Shown in pieces: positions 37,536 through 49,727 of a DNA stretch of 64,000 bases (the stretch's first letter is position 1; each line of letters opens with the position of its first letter). The notes under the pieces were generated by a model. The model had not been told where the DNA came from. It ran no database searches and was given only the letters and a program-made list of their open reading frames with translations. Source of the stretch: Schizochytrium sp. TIO01 (Eukaryota > Protista > Bigyra: Labyrinthulomycetes); the NCBI GenBank assembly GCA_004764695.1, contig SMSO01000004.1:744001-808000 (forward strand), read 5' to 3'. The position numbers were made by a program, and so were the translations under genes.

Positions 37536-39322
37536 ACACCCATTGCGTCTTCGATAGATACATTTCCCATTCCCAAAAGCAGTAGCAGCAACAGCCTCGC
37601 ACATTGTTTTGGCGAAAACGCTCTCCTTACCAAAGTTGCAGATTCGTTGGTGATTGAGCACCGCTGCACTGTTTATATGAATCCGCTACCCTAGTGAATC
37701 CGTAAACATCAAAAACATCAGCATACATATTCTACACATTTCCTTACTTATGATTGGCCTAGTCGCTTTTCATGTACATTGTATCTTGACTTTTGGCTGT
37801 TGGCACGAAGTGCAATCTGCATCTTAGCAATAAACTCTCTCGATTACTAAAAGAGTAATGAGAGCTGATCTTATCCGAAGCGTTCAATGTACACGCTTTG
37901 ATCCCTGATTCGTGTTTCTAAACTCTGTAAAGAATGATTCTACCTAGTGTAGGCAGGGCAGGTAGCAAATATTTGCTGACTTATTATGTAAAAGCATTGT
38001 TTAAATATAAAACAGTAAAAGAGAAATCCAACGTCTTTACCAGCAGCCAGATCCTTGAAAAAAAAAAAAGAGACTTCACACTACATATTTATTGATTAGT
38101 ACTAGCACTATTACAGTTCTTCTTTCTAGTTCTCTCCACAGCTTTTATGATAGAATCCAGTCAGATCGCTCCTGGGATGCACGCCTATATGGTTTGGCGT
38201 TCTTTTTTGCATGCTCCTCTCAATGCATGCAGATCCTACGTAGTGTCTACAATCGAGACCTTTCTCTTGCTCAGCTCAAACAGATTTAATTATGATTCAA
38301 ACCAGGCCAGGCAAAAACTCTATCGAGCACTGTGAGAATTCACATGTTCTCTCCCGATATGACACTCCTTGGAAGAGCCACTTTCGTTTACATAATTGTC
38401 CCCCCGTTTAAGGTTAATTAAACCCGCAGAACAAAGACTGTGTGCTGTGCAATGGCCCGAAACCTCTCTATTGGGACACCATGCGACCGGATCTTCTTGA
38501 GTAATACTCCGGGCGGATTCGAAAAATAATCAAATGAGGAACTGACCCCGGTGTCACTTGGATTGCAGCTGTACTGCAAGTTGCACCGTCGCTTTTTGAG
38601 TTCAAGCTCAGCAGGCCTAGGACAGACACAGAATTAAATAGACTTGAGGAATCCTCAGCTTTGCATTTGACCCGAGTTAATTTAATCTTGCTCGATCCTA
38701 TTAGTTTTGCAAAATTCTGTCAGCTCCACACTACGGCTTCAAACCCCGTAACACAAGAAAATAGGCTTCTGTCAACCCTTTAAATATCTCAACTTCACAT
38801 CGCGAGCCAGCTTCATCAATACCCAAAGTGCGTTTACCAAATCCGTTACCCCAATTTTACGGACTCGGCCCTCCTCACGCACGATTTCGAGCTTCGCCAT
38901 AGGACTCTCTTACAGGTCCCTAAGCTCCCGTCGCAAAACAACCATACAGTCTGACACAGGGTCACCTTTGACGGTGCCGCCATCATGCTGTGTATCTTTA
39001 GTCAAACAAGTACTATGACCCTCCTAGCAGTTCAAGATAGCAACATTTTCAATTTATAAGAACTATAAGTACGATTCGTTAATGTAAAGAAGGGCTAAAG
39101 ATATTTTGTTTCCCTATATCTCCTTCTCTACATATATATACATATGTTATTTTTTATTATTTTAACAAGCGAAGCGCCGCGAGCGTAGCAGCTGTTTCTT
39201 TCCCCTCCGGCTCCCTCGCCCGTGATCGACAAGCTGCTGCGTCTCTGCGGAGGCTTGACGCCGGCGCTCGCAGGGCCTCGGAAGCCGGGCCTCCGCGAGC
39301 CGAGGCGCCCCTTTCGCAGCGT

Positions 39323-39359
39323 GTTTGTTTGTTTGTTTGTTTGTTTGTTTGTTTGTTTG
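39323..39359. repeat. (GTTT)n microsatellite
   Basis: Seen directly. Confidence 0.9.
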
Positions 39360-40003
39360 GCCAGCCTCGACGAGGCTCTTCGAAGTGTCTCGACGCACCC
39401 ACGCCACTCAGAACTCGGAATCGCGAGGTTCCGTTCCGGTTCTTCACTGGTTCCGGTTCTTCGTTTCCAAAGGCGGCAGAGGCGGGTGCTAGTAGGTCCC
39501 TAGGAAGCTGCTACGGAGGCGGGAAAGAAAATAAAGGTCGAAACGAAACAGTTTTGAGAGATAGATTGTTTGGGGTTGAGTTTTTAGCCCAATTTTTATT
39601 TTACTTTTAAAATAATAATAATAGTAATCATAATTTTATCAGTAAATGAAAAGACTTTAACTCGTTGCTGATATTGATATTGGTGGTGGCAAAGAAGAAG
39701 CATCGTTGTTTGAAGCGCGGCGCCTCTTGAACGCAAAGGGAAAGCAAGCGAGTGAAGAGAGGCCTCGAAACTGCGCTTGGGCTTTTCGCCTCCAGCCTCT
39801 TCGAGGAGGGAGATTGGCAGTAGTATTGATGGCTCAGCCATGGACACTCACTCTTTTGTTTTGCTACTGGTCAAATCGTGGAGTCAAACGCTGTACCTTG
39901 AGCAGATCTTTTGGAGCTTATTTCCGTCTATAATTTTTTAAAATGTTTGTTTAATTTAATTTTAATTTTAATTTTAAACCATGTATGTTCACTCAAACAA
40001 CGA

Positions 40004-40050
40004 ACAAACAAACAAACAAACAAACAAACAAGCAAACAAACAAACAAACA
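40004..40050. repeat. (AAAC)n microsatellite
   Basis: Seen directly. Confidence 0.9.
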
Positions 40051-42256
40051 TTCTTTGCTTTGTCTAAAGTAAAAGAAGCGGTGGGCCTGATTTTTTATAT
40101 TACTTGATTATTATAATTAGAAGGAGGTATATTTCACTTTCTTCGTTGGAAAATTTCGAAGACTCAATGTTTTCCCCAGAAGAGAGAGATCCAATATAAC
40201 GACAGGCATCAACTACTATACGACGTAAGCGGGGGGTCGTTGGCGGTGGCCAGTCAGCTTCAAGCGCTGCGAGAGGCGTCAGTCATGCCAACACTGCTAC
40301 TGGCAGTGTTTTTATGTACACGCCTTATCCTGCTTCGTTATCATTTCACTCCAAGCGCACGATCTTTCTTTCCACCGTTCTCTCTCGCAAACAAAGAAAG
40401 AAAGAAAGAATGAAGCAAACAAACAAACATTCTTCACCAACAAAAAGAAAGGAAAAGGCAAGAAAGTTTTTCCGAGGCACCTGTGCAACTTTTCATTTTA
40501 GTATATATATTTTTAAATATATACATACAAATACTCCTCTAACTTATATTTATATGAAATAGTTCATGAAACAAAACAAAGTCTTTAACCGTCGGCGCCT
40601 CGCCCTATTACAGCGATTCCATTCGCTGACTTGAATTGACTTGAGTTGACTTGAATTCCTTCGCAGAGACTCTGAGAGGCGGCGCCGTCGCTCCGAATTA
40701 GCCTTCTTACGCCCTGTTCGCGTGCTCACTGAGCAGAAGAGGCCCCTGGTAAGGCCGCCTCCATAGGTTTGCGCGGGCATATGTGCCCTGGTCCCGAGAT
40801 ACGGCTTTCGAGAACCTACGATCGCCCCAAGTGTATTATTTCTTTCATCTCAGCTATCATTCATTTGTAAAGTTTTAAAGTCTTTAAGTTTTAAAGTTTT
40901 AAAGCTAATTAAAGACTCGCTCGATAGTTTTTAACTTTCTAGTCGGCAGGTTTTTCCGAGCGCCTGAAAAGCAAGCCCGGAAAAGAAAGGTTTATGGGTC
41001 GTCCTCGAACAAATTCGCAGCGGCGCATGCGGAGACCTCCGATTGAGAGCACATATCAGCGCTCGATTGCTGAAAGGCAGGGTCGTCGAGGGATTCAATC
41101 CACCTGTTTCTGTATATGACCTGCGTAGTAATAGATCAAAAGAGAATGAGAGTGCAAAAGCTCGTGTATTAGCTTTCTGCTCTCTTTCTCTTTTCTGTCT
41201 GTCTGTCTGTCTGTCTATCCGTCTTTCAAGTTCTTTTATCAAAGTTAAAACTAAAAATCTTGGAATACCATCCTCTAAAAGTTTGCCGCTTCCTTCGCCC
41301 AATACCCGTCTTCCCAACAAGTTGGTAACTACTAGTCAGCTCGCCTCGAACCCGAGCTGTCCTCTGCAGAAGCAGCAGCCTTGAAGCCGGGCTCGAGGCC
41401 TCTGCGGCGTCCTAGTCGAGGCCTCGAGGGCGGCTTTGCAGGCGACGGAGGCGCTTAAACAACGCGGTTGAACATCCAATCCGAGGGAGGCAAAATCCAA
41501 CTGTGAATCACTACAACAAGAGATAATATAATGCGCACAACACTGAAGACGGCAATGGGTACTTTATTAAATGTTTTTAATTTATTTGTTTGTTTGTTTT
41601 AAATGAAAATGAAAAATTAAATGAAGCACGTTCGGTGGAAGTAAAAAAATTCTGCGGAGACCTCGTTTCTTGCTTCGAGGATGGACTGTGAGCTTTGTTT
41701 GCGATAGCCGATCACTCAGCTCGTGAACACGTACAAAGAAGACGCATGCTAACTCAGCATGGATAGACACAGCGCCTTCATTGGTGCTTGTCTTGTGGTT
41801 GCTCTTCTTCGACTAGTTCTGCTTTTCGCATGTTTGAGAAGTGCTCTCTTTGATGGTAAACTTGTACGTACCTTATTAGAGAAATGTACTAGGAGGGAGG
41901 TATGAATATCTTTTTTTTTTTCTTTTTTTTTTTAAAGGGTTATGTTTACTATTATTGTTATTATATTTGATTATCTATTTGTTTAAAAATAAATGAAAAG
42001 AATTTGTAATAATGAAAGAAAACCCTAATTGATTGAAGATCTTTTTAAATTAAGAATTAGGAACTTGGAAAGAAAAGAAAAGAGAATTGGAGAAGTTGAG
42101 AAGTTGAGAAACAAGAAGAAGAAGACGAAGCAAACCCGTAAATCCCCAAGAGCAGCCGACAGAACAAAGTCGTTTGCAGCTCGCGAAGCAGGCAGGTTTG
42201 ACAAAACCCAAACAGCTAACCTTGAACAACCAGTCAGTGTTCACTTAATTTGCACC

Positions 42257-43060
42257 ATGGGTAACTCCAAGAGCAAGGCAAAGAAGGAGGCCAAGAAGGC
42301 CAAGGCCGCCGCCGCTGCCGCCGCAAGCTCCTCCACGGGCTCTGACAAGACCACCCCCGCTGCTGCACCTGCACCTGCACCTGAACCCAAGCCCGCAGCA
42401 GCCCCCGCTGCTGCACCTGCTGCTCAGCAGAAGGTTGCCGAGTCCAAGTCGGAGAAGAAGGTCCCCGTCGTCGGAATCGTGTACTACTCCATGTACGGAC
42501 ACATTCGCTCCATGGCGCTCGTGATCCGTGACGGCCTCAAAAACGAGGGTGTCGAGGTCCGACTGATGCAGGTTCCTGAGACCCTTTCTGAGGATGTTCT
42601 CGCCAAGATGGGAGCCCCCCCCAAGTCTGACGACGAGATTGCTACCCCGGATGCCATTGCTGCATGCGATGGTCTCATCTTTGGTATTCCCACTCGCTTC
42701 GGTATGGCATGTGCCCAGATGAAGGCTTTCATGGATTCCACCGGTGGTCTGTGGCAAAAGCAGTCTCTTGCAGGCAAGCCCGCCAGCATCTTCGTCTCCA
42801 CTGGAACCCAGGGTGGTGGCCAGGAGACCACTGCTCTTACGTTCCTTACGCAGTTCACTCACCACGGTCTCATGTTCTTGCCGCTAGGATTTTCCGATCC
42901 TGGCCAGTTCAGTCTTGAGGAGATCCACGGTGGATCCCCCTACGGAGCTGGTACCTTCGCAGGACCTGACGGATCCCGCTCCATGACCGATCTTGAGAAG
43001 AAGATTGCCGAGACCCAGGCCAAGAGGTTCGCCGGTGTCGTCAAGAAGCTTACCGTCTAA
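42257..43060 (+). CDS. WrbA-type quinone oxidoreductase, copy 3, with N-terminal MGNSKSK/polybasic/Ala-Pro extension (267 aa)
   Basis: Start context CACC-ATG-G at 42257; the extension shares the codon bias of the core; WrbA motifs intact. Confidence 0.92.
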   Translation: MGNSKSKAKKEAKKAKAAAAAAASSSTGSDKTTPAAAPAPAPEPKPAAAPAAAPAAQQKVAESKSEKKVPVVGIVYYSMYGHIRSMALVIRDGLKNEGVEVRLMQVPETLSEDVLAKMGAPPKSDDEIATPDAIAACDGLIFGIPTRFGMACAQMKAFMDSTGGLWQKQSLAGKPASIFVSTGTQGGGQETTALTFLTQFTHHGLMFLPLGFSDPGQFSLEEIHGGSPYGAGTFAGPDGSRSMTDLEKKIAETQAKRFAGVVKKLTV

Positions 43061-45376
43061 GCAGGCGGCTAGCGCGAGATAGATTTGCTCTGTCATTGGC
43101 ACGTGCCAATGTGCCACCGTTTTCACAGTCTGCTGCAAGTAAGACGTACTTCAATAATTTTACCAACCTTCTTTGAGCCCGTCCAAGGCGACCCAACCCT
43201 CTGACTTCGTGTCATATGTACTACCCTAACTCTACTACTTAGTAGCTAGTAGTCACCACAATAGAATTTTAGCTTTAGCGCTTGTCTTCTGATCTTTTTT
43301 CATCGGTCGGGGATCGTCTCACTCAGTTCCTCGCCTCAAATGCTATGGTCCACTCCCTTCTGCATGAAGACAGTTGAAATAGAATTATTTTGGTCCTACA
43401 ACGCTACAACGCGTTTGTGAGTTCATTATTTGCTCTTCGAACCGTATTGCATTTTTGATCTCACCACCAGAACCAATTATAAATTTACATAGCGTCATTC
43501 CTGAACCCTTCAAATAGTTAAGGCAATTAATCAATGATGTGGGGCATTATGTGTGAAAAATAGTGATCACGACTCTTAAATATAGTGATGCTTCTACCTG
43601 CATTGCAAACACGAATAACAAAGGTCTAGCTTGAGTGTAGTGGCTGTAGCCTCGATATTCATAGATTTGTCTATCGTCTCTCTAAAGTTTAGATACGAAG
43701 GTACTTCTTTCCAGTTAGATTGTTTTGGTGTTTTTTTTTTTCTGTTTTGTCTCATGCTCTTTGATATCAAGAAAAATGAACCAAACAAAGGATAGTACCT
43801 ACTGTAATGGGCTATCCTCGTTTTTGAATCTGTGTGCTAATTGATGCCATTTGCACCTATTCCATAAAGATCACACGTTCCAATCTTTTTCTGCAACCAT
43901 TTCTGGGCCTCGTCATCCGTGACTACTTCAGGTCAAGTAGCTTTTCTTAATCCCGGGCCCATTCCAAATCCATAGCCACCCAGTCAGTACTAGATCAACC
44001 TGAGAGCCTTCTACAACAATACTACTCTAAGGTTCTTTTCTTTCCAAGAGATCATGCCTCAACTGTTAGCCAGAATGCGTAAAAATGCACGCCCAAACCC
44101 GGTGAACTGTTTCACCGCTGGATTCCCTCTAAGCCGCCAAAGATCTCGCCAGCCTTTTCGAAATAGAAGAAAGCTTCTCCGGACCCCTTCGTCCGCTGAA
44201 AACGCAAGAACCCGGAAGTCTGTCCAGCCTCGCAACTTCTTTGAGAAACCTTGAGAAACCTAGATCGTTACAAGTAAGCACCAATTGCACAACTCTGTGC
44301 ATCCCACCTACTAGACATTAACACCCACCAGCAAAGCCCTCAGTGCGAAGGATTTGAGGGTGTCACACGAGGTATAATTGACCCAGAAACCTGAACGAAC
44401 CTTCAGCACGCAGCCATCCAGTCAGTATCGTCCTGGGTCTCGCTCTTTCAGAGCACATCGCAGGCTTGCAAGTCGCTTGCACAGTGCTCGGAATCCGATT
44501 GCTTCGGTTCCTGAGGCCTTTCGTCGAAGAAGTTCTCGCTGTCGAAGGCTTACAAAAGCATATTTCTCCGGCACCAGAGTGGTGTCTGTCGGTGAAACCT
44601 CCCCGATGAGTAACACGTATTAACCATTATCATACTACTATGTCGGGATCCCCAGTGGCGCACACTCGCAGATAGGCCTTTGTTTTCCGTGCATGGGAGG
44701 CGGAGTAATATCGTCACTCGGAGAAACTATTTTGGAAGAACCCGGTGATTGCGCGAGACTGTGAAGAGCTGTGAGCCGTGCGCCAGCCTCGGTCGCATCT
44801 ATGCGTGAAGACATCAAAACTCCGCTGCAAAGCGTCGATGGCGGTGACTCGGATCTTGGCCGCTCAGAGCCGAGGTTTTAGTTGGCTAAACTTAGATTAT
44901 CTAGCATCCACCCGATCGATAGTTGTCATGTGCAGGAAACGTCTGTGCTCTGATCGCAAGAACCCTGGATCCTTCTTTTCCATATAATTTCCTTTCAAAT
45001 AACCATAACAACAATAATAAAAGGGAGATTTATGAAAATAGATCAATGTCACCTGAGTATTTAGGTTTGATGCTTTGCATGAGGTCTTGAACTCGACTGG
45101 CTGTATTGCCTCAAGCTGGGTATGAAGATCTCGAGCCCAAGCTCGTGGCGGTCGTGGGCCTTGGGTGGTGCTGGAGGTATGCACTAGCACTGCAGGATCA
45201 GAGGTCAGTCTTCGAAGCAGCGAGTTCCTGGGGAAACTTGGAGGGAGATCCAACGCTTCTACAACTTACAGAGCGAGCGAGCTAAAAGAGGAAACCGACT
45301 GCTAGTCACTTCTAATGTTTGGTATAGGACGGCGGTAGGAATTGAAGGCTCCAAATACAACTGCGCTGCGATTGAG

Positions 45377-45418
45377 GAATGAATGAATGAATGAATGAAT
45401 GAATGAATGAATGAATGA
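45377..45418. repeat. (GAAT)n microsatellite
   Basis: Seen directly. Confidence 0.9.
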
Positions 45419-45818
45419 CTAGGCAAATCATTGCGGTGCGATGGACTTTCAGTGCTGGTTGAGAATGCTGGAAGAATCCAGGGCGGTCAACGAAAAGAAC
45501 ATCCATCACTGGCCAGGTTGACCAGGAACTTGGAGAAGAACGAGGTACCACCGCCGAGTTGGTAGAATATCTGAGCTGGCAGGTAGCTCGGTGGGGGTGC
45601 TATGGAGGGCACCTAGTGAGCCTCAGAGTAGCAGTAGGAAACACTAGGGGCAAGTAGGAGTGCGTTGATCTTTGCGGATTGCATTCATTGCACAGACTGT
45701 CAAGTACTCGGAGTGGCAAAAGCAAAACCATAACCAGCAAACCCAAAACCCGGAAAAGAAGCTTGCTTGAAGCAGGAAACATTGTTATAGAAGCAGTAGC
45801 TTAATTTCTCTTTGCAAA

Positions 45819-46436
45819 ATGTCGCCTCCTCGTGTCGCAATTGTGTACTACTCCATGTACGGCCACATTCTCAAGTTGGCTGAGACCATGGGAGCTGCGC
45901 TCACCAAGGCGGGATGTGAGCCCAAGATTCTGCAGGTTGCTGAGACCCTCCCTGAGGAGATCCTGCAGAAGATGTACGCCCCCCCCAAGGCCGATTACCC
46001 CATTGCCACCCCGGAAGATCTCAAGGAGGCTGATGCTGTTCTCTTTGGCATCCCGACCCGCTACGGTATGGCCCCGACCCAGATGAAGGCTCTCATGGAT
46101 GCCACTGGATACCTCTGGGCTACCCAGGAGCTCTCTGGTAAGCCCGCTGGTGTCTTCTTCTCCACCGGCTCCCAGGGTGGTGGCCAGGAGACCACTGCTT
46201 TGACCTTCATTACTCAGCTTACCCACCACGGTATGGTCTTTGTGCCCCTCGGCTTCCCCCACCCTGGTCAGAGTGACATCACCGAGGTCCACGGCGGATC
46301 TGCGTATGGTGCTGGTACCATTGCTGGCCCTGATGGCTCCCGTCAGCCCAGTGAGCTTGAGCTCAGCATTGCTGAGATGCAGGCCACTCGCTTCGCCAAG
46401 ATTGCCAAGAAGTTGGCTGTCCCCGATGAGGAGTAG
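45819..46436 (+). CDS. WrbA-type quinone oxidoreductase, copy 4 (205 aa, most divergent)
   Basis: YYSMYGH, GIPTRYG, GGGQETT and HGGSAYGAGT motifs. Confidence 0.95.
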   Translation: MSPPRVAIVYYSMYGHILKLAETMGAALTKAGCEPKILQVAETLPEEILQKMYAPPKADYPIATPEDLKEADAVLFGIPTRYGMAPTQMKALMDATGYLWATQELSGKPAGVFFSTGSQGGGQETTALTFITQLTHHGMVFVPLGFPHPGQSDITEVHGGSAYGAGTIAGPDGSRQPSELELSIAEMQATRFAKIAKKLAVPDEE

Positions 46437-46831
46437 ACCAATCCCTTTGCCATCATCGATCGCCAACAAGACTAAACCCGTTCAAACATGCAAATGTGCC
46501 ACAGCTACACATCCCATGTATCATCATAAATTCGCTTTAACAAAATAAAACTCATTATACTCCAAAATACTGTTCATCTTCTTGTGTTTACCTTACATCT
46601 TGAGCGTTCGAATGCTGCAGCCTGGCACACTTCAAAATTTGATATTTTAAATGGCTCCTGCTTGATGATGCAGACCATCTTCATTGAATGCTATGTCGAA
46701 GCCTTTTCTTAATCAAAATATACTTAAGGTTTTATCATAGATCTGATCTATCACAGAAATGCCACACTGATATCACCATCCTACAGTTACATTTGTGAAT
46801 CGGGCCCAAATCGTGTCATGCTTATTAACAC

Positions 46832-47497
46832 TTAAATGCTCTCCCCGACAAAATCTCTCGACAATCCAAGTGTGAATGCAGTGAACATGCCGTTTTCGAG
46901 CACCATTACGGCAAGGCTAAGGGCATAGAGCAAGGCTTTTGCAGATGGTTTCAAAGACTCAATCTTTGCTTCACGGTCTTCGATGAGGCACTCTCCTTCA
47001 TTTGGGATTTGAAAATGCCCTTCTAGACGTCTCAGCGCGACGAGGCACGCGCAAAAACCTAGGAAGGACTGCGTAAACTTTGTGCGGTACCATGAATCAT
47101 GACCCAGAAGACGCATCAAAAACCAATGTTCTGCCATATAAAGACCTGCAAAGACTCCATGAAGCTTATTCTTGAATTTGTCTTCACTTAGATGGAAAAT
47201 GACAACTGTAAGGATGCCATGAATGTAAGTTGCTAAAGCTCGGAATTTGACATCGGTACGAGCGTTGCGAATCAAGTGTCCAATCTTCAGCCAACCCAGA
47301 GTCCAAAATACATGGTGGGCGTACTTTGGCAATCCTTGGCGAATGGTGAATGAGATTGTTGCAGGGAATTGTGGCTTAGAATCTCGGCCCAACCGTAAAT
47401 AGTACATTACACAGGGAACCCATTGCGCGAGCATGAAATATTTCTGCGAAAGCGCAAGTTCTTTAGCATCTTGCGCAGTCCAAGTGCGGTACACCAT
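46832..47497 (-). CDS. Hypothetical multi-pass membrane protein (weak Frag1/DRAM/Sfk1-like pattern)
   Basis: ATG of MVYRTW; about 6 hydrophobic segments; PATIS and LHGVFA motifs. Confidence 0.65.
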   Translation of the reverse strand: MVYRTWTAQDAKELALSQKYFMLAQWVPCVMYYLRLGRDSKPQFPATISFTIRQGLPKYAHHVFWTLGWLKIGHLIRNARTDVKFRALATYIHGILTVVIFHLSEDKFKNKLHGVFAGLYMAEHWFLMRLLGHDSWYRTKFTQSFLGFCACLVALRRLEGHFQIPNEGECLIEDREAKIESLKPSAKALLYALSLAVMVLENGMFTAFTLGLSRDFVGESI

Positions 47498-49727
47498 GAT
47501 TCCTCTTTGATTTATACTTATAGCCTGGACGATGCCCGCAACCCTAACTCGTGGAGAGCCACAACGTAAACACAAGCAAGGTGCAATGCCCTGCTTTAAA
47601 ACCCGCCTACTGCGCTTTATTCAGGCGATCAAATCAGACAGGAGGAGCTCAATGAGCCTTACTCTCGACACAGCTGGTTGACACAGAAAAAACAACCTAG
47701 GCAGCTGGCGCTAGCTCTCCAGGAAATATTACACAGAAAGGTTTTCACTCTGTAATCGCCGCTCTTGACGACTTGTGACGCAGATCTAGCAATGGTGAAA
47801 TACCAAAGACTCACCAGCGTCATCCTGGGCCCGTTTCCTATAACTTGTAATTAACCAAAGCAGTACGATCAATGCATAGGGCTAGTTCTAGTAATCTTAC
47901 CTCGTGTTGTCATGATTCCCCATGTTCCCGTTTTCCCATTGTTTCTGTCTATTTTGATCATCATAGAATAGAAATGAAAAAAAGAAAAAACCAATTTTGT
48001 TTTTTTGATGAAATCAGCTTCTTTAAGAGCTTGCTCAATAAGATCAAAGACTTTAGCGCAATTAACTTTGGCCAGGCCGTGCTCGATACTCTTGACTTGG
48101 TTAAACCCAGGATGTTTTCAATTATATTCATTCATTGCCGAAATAGCGCTCCACGACCCTGGATCAAAACATATGCAGCCCACGCTTTGTTGTGGCGATA
48201 CCCAGTAGTACGTGCTTAGCGATCTCAGATATTCTCCCAAATTCCATGAAGAGAGGACAAGTGGAGGCGAGGCATTTTATACCATTGACGATCTCGCATT
48301 GAATTTTCTCTTTTGATGGGTGTGGTCGGGTTCAGATCTGCCATGACCGTACTTGGCTTTAAAACGAAAGGACCTAGTTGATTAATTACACCTTTGGTCA
48401 TGTATGGAGCTCCACCATCCGTCTGCAATGCCGTTCGGCTTATTGGTTCCACCCACTTCGTGTAGTCCCTCTCGATAAGAAGCAGCCCGAGATTGATGCT
48501 CTTCTTTCTTGGTTGCTTGGTGTGTACTCCCTTGTCAGTGGCGACCCTGACAACAGTAGTTGAGTGATCATATGGCAGCAGAATACATTCACGTAGGAAC
48601 TCCAGAACGCAAAATCAGACGGCGAGAGAACTATAGGACCTTGGTTGAACAGGTCTCCGGAGAAATTTTCATAGCTTCTCCAATGGTGACCCAGGCACCG
48701 GTAAAACTATGGAGTTTTCAGAAGCAGGCACCACTAGTATTTCTGGACGTTTTGCCAAACCATCTCTGACTTCGTTTTAATTAAAATAAAACCCCAGTCC
48801 ACGTACATACCTTCTTTGGTAAGTTACTTAAAACTTGCATCTACTAATTTGGGTAGGTTTCATAACGATGCGTTATACGTTTCAGAGCCGTTCTTTGTGG
48901 TAAGTAAGGTGTCCGTTGAGAAGATCCTCTCATTTCTCGATTTTGTAAGACAAAACCCACGGCCGCATTAGGCAAAATGCCCCCCTACCTTTTCAAAATT
49001 TGCACTGTCGACGATCTGTTAATTTTGTCAATAGGAAGTTTGTGTAACTATAAGAATGGCAGATAATGCGGTGTCCATCGGCCATACTCACCACCACAAG
49101 AACAACCCCACGCCCTGACACGGCTGCAGTTGGAATTGAAATTCGAGCCATCCTTGTTATTGTTAATTACATCGCAAAAAGCGGACCGAGCTCATTGCCT
49201 TCAGTTTTGGTCTTCCAAACATTTTTTACCGAGATATTTCACTTCAATAAAAGTTGCTTATCGAACATAAGTGAATGGTGGTAGCTTATGCTAGTGAAAT
49301 ACGCTCAGTTTCGACTTTGTCGTTTTTGTGTGAGGTGTGCGCCAGAGTGGTTCGAGTAAAATACCTTCGACTTCTATAATAATATAAAAGTTGATATCGG
49401 ACTGTCTGGATGGAGATTTGACAAGCCGTGAATACATCGATTTGATCGGCACTCGGCAGGCCAGTGCGCGGCCTGTAGAGAATCGAGACCAACCCTTGCG
49501 GGACTAGTGCAGCTCCTAGTGAGGAGACTCTCGTTTGCAGCTACTACTGCCGCCGCATACATCACTGGCACGCTGACACTGCAATTCTATCATTGAGAGC
49601 AATATCTGTTGTAGACAAGCAGTGAGACTTGTGTTTTCAGATAAAGCTTACTGCTGACGTTTGAATATTCTGCGCTCTTGCTGTGCGGTGTAGGCCTCGA
49701 TAAGTGACTAATTTGACAAACTTCATA

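Noticed and set aside
48000-48770. Possible decayed - strand ORF remnants (similar at ~23700-25600)
   Set aside because: Multiple stops and no recognisable domain.
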